Origin: Cladosporium halotolerans
Lineage: Eukaryota
Length of the DNA: 64,000 nucleotides
Assembly: GCF_011745625.1 (NCBI RefSeq)
Contig: NW_027191473.1
Location: forward strand, 1-64,000
Reading direction: 5' to 3'
The translations under genes were made by a program, and so were the position numbers. Under the pieces are notes generated by a model, which was not told the DNA's origin, made no database searches, and worked only from the letters and a program-made list of their open reading frames with translations. Shown one piece after another: positions 57,986 to 64,000 of this stretch. Every line of letters begins with the position of its first letter. Position 1 is the stretch's first letter.

Positions 57986-59626
57986 ATGTTCACCAACGAT
58001 GTGATGCTTGCCTCTTGGACGGAAAAAATGCGAACAGGTTTAGGCCTCGACCCAGGCGAGTCTGGATACAGCCTGCTGAATCACGAGAGCCCATCCATTG
58101 GACAACCGCGAGCTGGCCCCTCTCGCCGGCGATGGCTGGCCAAATATGCCTCTCCAATCCTCTTCGTATGGCTGTTTGTGTTTATGATCTATCGCTCAAC
58201 AAGATCACCCGACGGGCAGTCAGCCTCGATCACTGGGAAACCAAACGAATCTCACTTCTTCCATCTTGTGATCCCGGCGTCGTCACTCGGTTTTTGCAGG
58301 ACATTGTTCTCTGCCGGCGTCCTCAACTACCCGAGTCCTAGAATCGTCAACTGGGATAAGAAATTCGAAGACCCCAACAAGCTGGATGGCGGGTTTCATC
58401 TTGCCAAAGTCGAGGCCATTACAGACTTTCTGCAAAAGCTCGACGGTAATCACGACCGTGAGCTAGTCTACATTCCGGATGGCTTCGACACGTGGTTCCA
58501 GTTGCGCCCCGAAGTATTGATCCAACGCTACAATGCAATCAAGAAGCGCCTGGAGCGGCGGACTCAGCACCGTTATGGTGTCAAATATGACCAAAGCATC
58601 ATCTTCTCAGCGCAGAAGCGATGTGAAGCTGGCGAGGATACCTTTTCATGCTCTATGGTACCATCTTCCGATTTGCCTGAGATAGCCGACAGCGAGAAGG
58701 CGAAATACCTCAACGCTGGATCGATCATGGGCACCGTTGGCGCCCTCAGAAAACTGTTCGAGCACGCCAAATGGAAGACAGAACAACGTGGCTATTACAG
58801 TGATCAGGAAGTCTTCGCAGAAATATTCGGCGACCAAGAATACCATCGTGAGATGCTGCTCTCAACAAACCCACCAAAAACCAGCTCCCCTGACCCTGAG
58901 GACACTCGCAATGGCAAGACCTTCGACCCAATCATCACCCTCCCCTGCGACACCTGCCAGTTTGGCATTTCCCTCGACTACCGCGGCGAAATTTCAATGC
59001 CAGCCTCCGACTATGAAGACGACCTCGCGCCTCTGGACCCTACTTCCATCCCCTGGTACCGCCGCCCCAGCCTCCCCGACGACATAACGCACTCAACCCC
59101 ACCCTTCTGGACACCAGACTACACCGGTAGCACCGCACTGGCCCAGAAACCCTGGTCCCAACTCCCCCTCATCACCCACCGCCTCACTAACATCCGCCCC
59201 GTCACAACCCACCACGGCTCCTTTTCCTACTCCTCCAACGTCACCACAACCACCGCCGCCTGGCACCAACTCTGGCACACCCCCAACCTCCGCACCCTCG
59301 CGACCGCCTACGCCAAATCGCCCCGCATGCCGTTCGCCGTCCTCCGCGACGAAGCGATCGTGCGCGAGTACTGGGGCGCGAGCGAGGGCGTCGGCGGCGG
59401 CCGCGTGCACGATCCCGAAAGCATGCCCGGGGCGTGGAAGCGGTGGGACGAGCTTTGTGGGAATGAGCAGGATGCGGAGGGGGTGTTTGGCGATGGGCTC
59501 GGGGCGTACAGGGACCCGGAATATTATTTGTTTTGGGACGGGAGGAGGCAGGGGGAGCAGATTCGGGTTTGGGAGGAGAGGATGGATGCTGAGAAAGCGG
59601 CGAGCGAGGAGGGCAAGGCGAGCTGA
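57986..59626 (+). CDS. Putative type II membrane glycosyltransferase-like protein B (paralogue of A)
   Basis: TM (PILFVWLFVFMIY), IPDGFDTWFQLRPEVLIQRY, IIFSAQKRC, KYLNAGSIMG, SDQEVFAEIFG, FGISLDY, WDELCG. Confidence 0.82.
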   Translation: MFTNDVMLASWTEKMRTGLGLDPGESGYSLLNHESPSIGQPRAGPSRRRWLAKYASPILFVWLFVFMIYRSTRSPDGQSASITGKPNESHFFHLVIPASSLGFCRTLFSAGVLNYPSPRIVNWDKKFEDPNKLDGGFHLAKVEAITDFLQKLDGNHDRELVYIPDGFDTWFQLRPEVLIQRYNAIKKRLERRTQHRYGVKYDQSIIFSAQKRCEAGEDTFSCSMVPSSDLPEIADSEKAKYLNAGSIMGTVGALRKLFEHAKWKTEQRGYYSDQEVFAEIFGDQEYHREMLLSTNPPKTSSPDPEDTRNGKTFDPIITLPCDTCQFGISLDYRGEISMPASDYEDDLAPLDPTSIPWYRRPSLPDDITHSTPPFWTPDYTGSTALAQKPWSQLPLITHRLTNIRPVTTHHGSFSYSSNVTTTTAAWHQLWHTPNLRTLATAYAKSPRMPFAVLRDEAIVREYWGASEGVGGGRVHDPESMPGAWKRWDELCGNEQDAEGVFGDGLGAYRDPEYYLFWDGRRQGEQIRVWEERMDAEKAASEEGKAS

Positions 59627-59757
59627 GTCGAGCCGAGCTGGTCTCGAAACGATTTGTCCGCTCGTAAATGCACACCATGAAAATCGTATCCGTTCAGATC
59701 ATCCGCCTTCCTCTCCCTCAGGAATCCCAATTCCACACTTCGAGCAATCAAGCAAGA

Positions 59758-59988
59758 TCACCTCCTCACCAACACTTTCGTCCCTCGCCCGCCCCTCCTC
59801 CCACCCTTCCCTCCCTTCTTAGCTTTCTCACAAACCCGACAAACCCCCATTCCCACAACCTCCTTCCCGGCCTCTTTCTCCTCGCAGACTTCGCCTAGCC
59901 TCGTGGCCCGCACGCACAAGTGGAGCGTGCCTGTGGTGGGGCGGGCGCAGGTGCAGGAGGGCGCGCGGCAGGGGGTGAAGGTGCACAT
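59758..59988 (-). CDS. Small Cys-rich 'MC' protein 3 (76 aa) with basic Gly-rich tail
   Basis: CCAAAC-ATG context. MCTFTPCRAPSCTCARPTTGTLHLCVRATRLGEVC...GVCRVCEKAKKGGKGGRRGGRG has the same Cys spacing class as MC1/MC2. Confidence 0.6.
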   Translation of the reverse strand: MCTFTPCRAPSCTCARPTTGTLHLCVRATRLGEVCEEKEAGKEVVGMGVCRVCEKAKKGGKGGRRGGRGTKVLVRR

Positions 59989-60617
59989 GTTTGGTGGAGC
60001 TGGGAATCGCCGTCGAGGGTGGTAAGGGGTTGGTCCTTGGCTTGTTTGCTCTGTTGTGTTTGTCGTTCCTGTGAGCTGGCTTGCTGCAGGCGCCGATGGT
60101 TGTTTGGTTTGAGGATTGTGGTTATGAGCAGGATCGGGACCGAGGGTGTCTGGTCTTGACACTCGTGGCTGTGGGAGGACAGAGATGGGTCGTTTTGTGC
60201 TGTTGCAGTTTCCGATCGGGATCGTAATTGTGGTGTTTTTTGATTTGTAGACCTTGTGAGCAACAGAGGCGGTCCGGTGAAGTGGGGAGGATGGTGTTCC
60301 GCGTGGAAAGGGGATGTCACGAGGCGAATGCGTAAGGCCATTGGTAAGCCTCACTTGGGGCGGCGAAGTGAGGCGAACGAAAGTGTGAAAGACGAAGATC
60401 AAGTTACTAAACAGATAAAATGAAGGGTGAACGAGAAACTGAGAGACCAGATCGCTCAGGGATATTCGACCTTCCCAGGTCGTTTCACTTGAATCTATTC
60501 CACAGGTGATGATGTCTCCGTCTGGAGAATGAATTCTATCTACACATCTCACGGGTTGTCTGATATGAATAATGAATGAGCAACTCGCGCACATCCCGTG
60601 CAACAAGATCACACGGC

Positions 60618-63212
60618 TCACTGCGTCGCCTCATACCCCATCCTCCCATCGAGAACGTTCACGCCGACGGCATTCTTACTCTCGACGTCGGGGACGACTC
60701 TCGCAGTCGGCGGCGCGGGCTGGATCTCGTCCTCGTCGTACACGGGCGGCGGCTGTCTAGGCGCAGCACTACCGCTGCTCTCGCCGCTGTTGTTGCGCAA
60801 GCGAGTGGCCTGCTGTTGCTGCCCTTCCGGTGCAGCCGCGGGAACAGGAGCGTGCTCGATGTGCTGGTCGGACTCCTTGGCGGCTGCGTTCTTCTCGTCT
60901 TCCTCGCCGATCATGGCGGCGAGGGAGCGGAAGTTGAGGAGGGGCTCGTTGGACGTGGATTGCGGGGTGTCGGTGCCTGGGTTCGGGGTGGAGACGTCGA
61001 GGTCGCTGCCGCCGGCGGACGGGAGGTTGGAGGTCGGCGGGGCGGAGTCGTTGAGGGAGGAGGCCATGGAGGATGTGTTGGAGGGTTCGCGCTGGGGGAG
61101 GAGGGGGCTGGGCATGGGGATGGAGGAGGCAGTTGCGGGTTGGAGGTTGGCGCGAGATTCTTCGAGGTGGCGGGCGGCGGATGAAGGGGCTGTGGTCTGG
61201 GTGTTGAGTTCGGAGTCGCGGACTTCCGTGTTGAGGGTTGAGGTTGGGTCGCTTAGCGGTTTGAATCCGGCGAAGTCTTGCGCGGGTGCCTTTCCTTTGC
61301 CCTGCACATCCTCTTCCGGTATGGGTGGCTGCTGTCCGAGATTGCTTGTCGAGCGGGCCATGCTGGATGTAGCCCAGGTGGTCGAGCTGTCATTGGATCC
61401 CACGGGATAGAGCGACTGGGCGCCACCGCTGTTCTTCCTAGCAGCCTTTTCTGCCTTCTCGGCAATCTTTGCTTCTTTCTTTGCTTCTTTGGCGCGTTTC
61501 TTGCCTTCTTTTCTAGCGCCCTTCTCCTCTTTCCGTTGCCGCTCGTCCTCGGCGGCGAGTGAGAGTCGGATCGCTTCCATCATCATAAGATCTTCGAGAT
61601 CCTGGGCTCTATGCCGGCGCGAGCTCGTTCGATCAGCGTAGAGATCAGTACTGCCATCTGCGGGAAGTCAGCAAACAATCACGTTGTTCCAAGCACCCAT
61701 TCTGACTTACCTCCTTCACGGGGGGTCCCATTACCACTAGCACCGGGACTCTCGCCAAACAACGTCCTACGTCGCCTGCCGAACGCAGTGCGGGATGAAG
61801 CCTCCCCTTGGTTGTTGCCGAGCATATAAGCCGCATTGTGAAGTGCTGTCGCCGCCGCGGATCTGCGCAAAGCATGGGCACGAGCGTCGGAAAGCTTCTT
61901 TGCCCAATCAGGCCGCACGCGATCCGTCGTGATGACTTGAGGCGCTGAGGCTGATATCGAAGTGGTTCGTCGTCTGCCTGTGGGTGATAATGAGGTCTGC
62001 GACGAGGTTGCCGAGGTCATGTTTGCGATAGGGTTGGGCGATGTCTGCTTGGCATAGGCCAACCCTCGCCGGAAAGGTGGCGGCTCGTATGTGATACCGA
62101 ACTCAGGTGTGACACAGAAAGGGCATGCCGCGACTTCCGAGACCAGCATCTCCGCTTCCTCCTCGGGCGGTCGTTCTTCGCCCGGCTGTTCGTGCTCAGG
62201 CGGATGGGGGTCCGGTCGCTTGATCTGAACGAAACACTCCGAGCAGATGGGCTGGTCGCAGCATCTTGTCTTGTTTAGATATGGCGGATAGTACAGAAAA
62301 CAAATAGGGCATTCAGCGGGCTCCCGGTAGAGATATGCTTCGATAGGAAGACCGCTGACATAAGGATCCTGCGGCAGCCGGATCTCCTGAGGGCCTAAAT
62401 CAGGAGATTGGCTTTTAGATCCAGTGGCGAGAGACGCGAGTGTCTTCGCACGCCCACGGAACAGTTGGCCAGCTCCAGCTGATGGCGTTCCACTACCAGA
62501 GCCAGGAACCTCCAGATGACCGCCAACAGACCTGTCGGACTGGTAGGATTGTGATCGTGAGTCTATGGGAACCGTTAAGTTATTAATATTGACCTCGGAG
62601 CCGCGCGGATTGTTGGATGATGATCGCGCCATCTCTGGAGGGACTTCATCTGCCGCTGGGATGGGCAGGCCACGTGCTGCAGCGACTAACTGGTGTTCGG
62701 TCCATGAGCTAGAGTGAGTGTCAAGTCCCTTCCAGAACGGGGCCAGCCTTCGTTCAATCTGCACACGATCAGTATCCAGTTGGAAGCCCGAGCTGGGATG
62801 TCCAACCTACCTGTAATTGCCTCACTACCGGCTTGCTGTAGTCCTCAGGTCCAATATACGTGCCTAGCGTGACCAGATACCCTCCATCAACGTGCTCTTC
62901 CCGCATACTCCTCTCGCGCTCCTTCAACCTGGCCTGCCGCTCGCGCTCAGTGCGCCTGGCTTCCTTCTCCTGTCGTGTCTCACGCACTCGCTCCTGCTGT
63001 GGCTGCTCCTCGCCTCGACTTCGACCCAGATGCAGGAAAGACAGGTCATGTCTGCTGCTGCGCCGGCTTCCGTTGCCGTTGGCTCGAGGGCCATAGATCT
63101 GGGATACTAGTCGATCATGGCCGGCTTGCTGGTTGGAAGGAAGGCTCGGAGAGGCGGGCTCGCTCATTCGGCGGCCCTGGTTGTGCGAGTCCTTGGACGA
63201 GCTGTTGCCCAT
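60618..63212 (-). CDS. SIP5: Snf1-interacting protein Sip5 (RING-like zinc finger)
   Basis: Exons 63212-62811, 62758-61711 and 61657-60618. MGNSSSK (myristoylation-type), [65 protein letters not shown]. Confidence 0.93.
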
Positions 63213-64000
63213 GTTGGACAGATGCCGTCACGCGAGGACGCAAAAGACGGCGGTGTTTGACTCGAGATCCCCAGAGAGTCCAGAGTGGGGCCAAGGACGG
63301 GGAGGATGGTGCGGCGAAGTTAGGGCATCTAGGGGCGGTATCGATGACAGCCGTGGGAGTAAAAGCGTTTGCGCACGCTCGCGTGCGTGCTGTTTGCTGG
63401 GCGGATGAGGTGTGTTTTGGGCTGGGTGAGGGCGCTGATCGCAGCGTGAGGGCGAGGCGCGGGAAGACAATCCTCGGTAGCGGGTATCGGCGGGTGGTGG
63501 AGATGGGCACGGGTGAAGTCGCGGGGCAATGATGCTAAGATCTGGATGCGCAGTACAGAGCTGTGTGGTGAGGTGAAGTGCAGAAGCACAGCAGCGCAGA
63601 AGCAGAAGCAGTCAAGAGGCACAACAGCACGCGGCACGGTAAGGTCGGCGAGCAAGGCCTGAGGTGCGGCAAACAAGGCGGGCGAGCTTACCTCACCTTG
63701 CCTGTAGTGCCTACCGCGCCCGCGCCCGCGCAGCCTCGACGTCTCTGCGCTGCAACCCACAAGCTCTGGGGATCCTGGCCGACGTGTGACGTGCGCTGGG
63801 GCCTGCATACATGTACGCAACGACTGCACCACCGCCGCCTCCACCATCACCGCCGTCGACGCTGCAAATGCTCACGAGGACCGCAGTGCATATGCCGTAC
63901 TCGTCAGGATGTACATACACACACACCTCTCCGCCCTCCCGACATCCTGCGACCTCCCTGGGCACGCTGACCGTCCCGTCCACCCTCCGCGAGCATCCCA

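Noticed and set aside
59989..60621. 287-aa ORF extending MC3 upstream
   Set aside because: The upstream part is low-complexity SIP5 3'UTR/MC3 leader sequence. Only the Met-Cys segment shows protein-like patterning.

Overview
Gene-dense, intron-containing DNA from a filamentous ascomycete (GT-AG introns of ~50-130 nt with CTRAC branch points; gene content and style suggest a Dothideomycete such as Mycosphaerellales, which is inference). Conserved genes: PNC1, an OSH6/7-type oxysterol-binding protein, RPB10, NAN1/UTP17, TSR2, an HSL-family esterase, ARP5, DAD4 (5 exons, one GC-AG intron), SLH1/ASCC3, pgxB, a GH13 alpha-glucosidase, an intron-containing tRNA-Ala(AGC), an M20 N-carbamoyl-amino-acid hydrolase, RPS10, SDE2, CYC8/SSN6, an SDR and SIP5. 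Less ordinary content: (1) three small 'Met-Cys' proteins sharing a C...CxH/C...C...C...CxxC/H pattern. Two face away from each other around PNC1 with parallel multi-intron leaders. One gets its ATG only by splicing, and the other splices into the OSH6 mRNA so that the exon junction forms a TAG in frame with the OSH6 ATG. (2) A head-to-head pair of a DUF7025-type AAA+ ATPase and a NACHT-like protein lacking a P-loop, both apparently carrying lesions. (3) A head-to-head pair of paralogous putative glycosyltransferases. (4) A decayed GlcG/HbpS (DUF336) gene next to a possible transposon end. All gene models were derived by eye and no database search was run.
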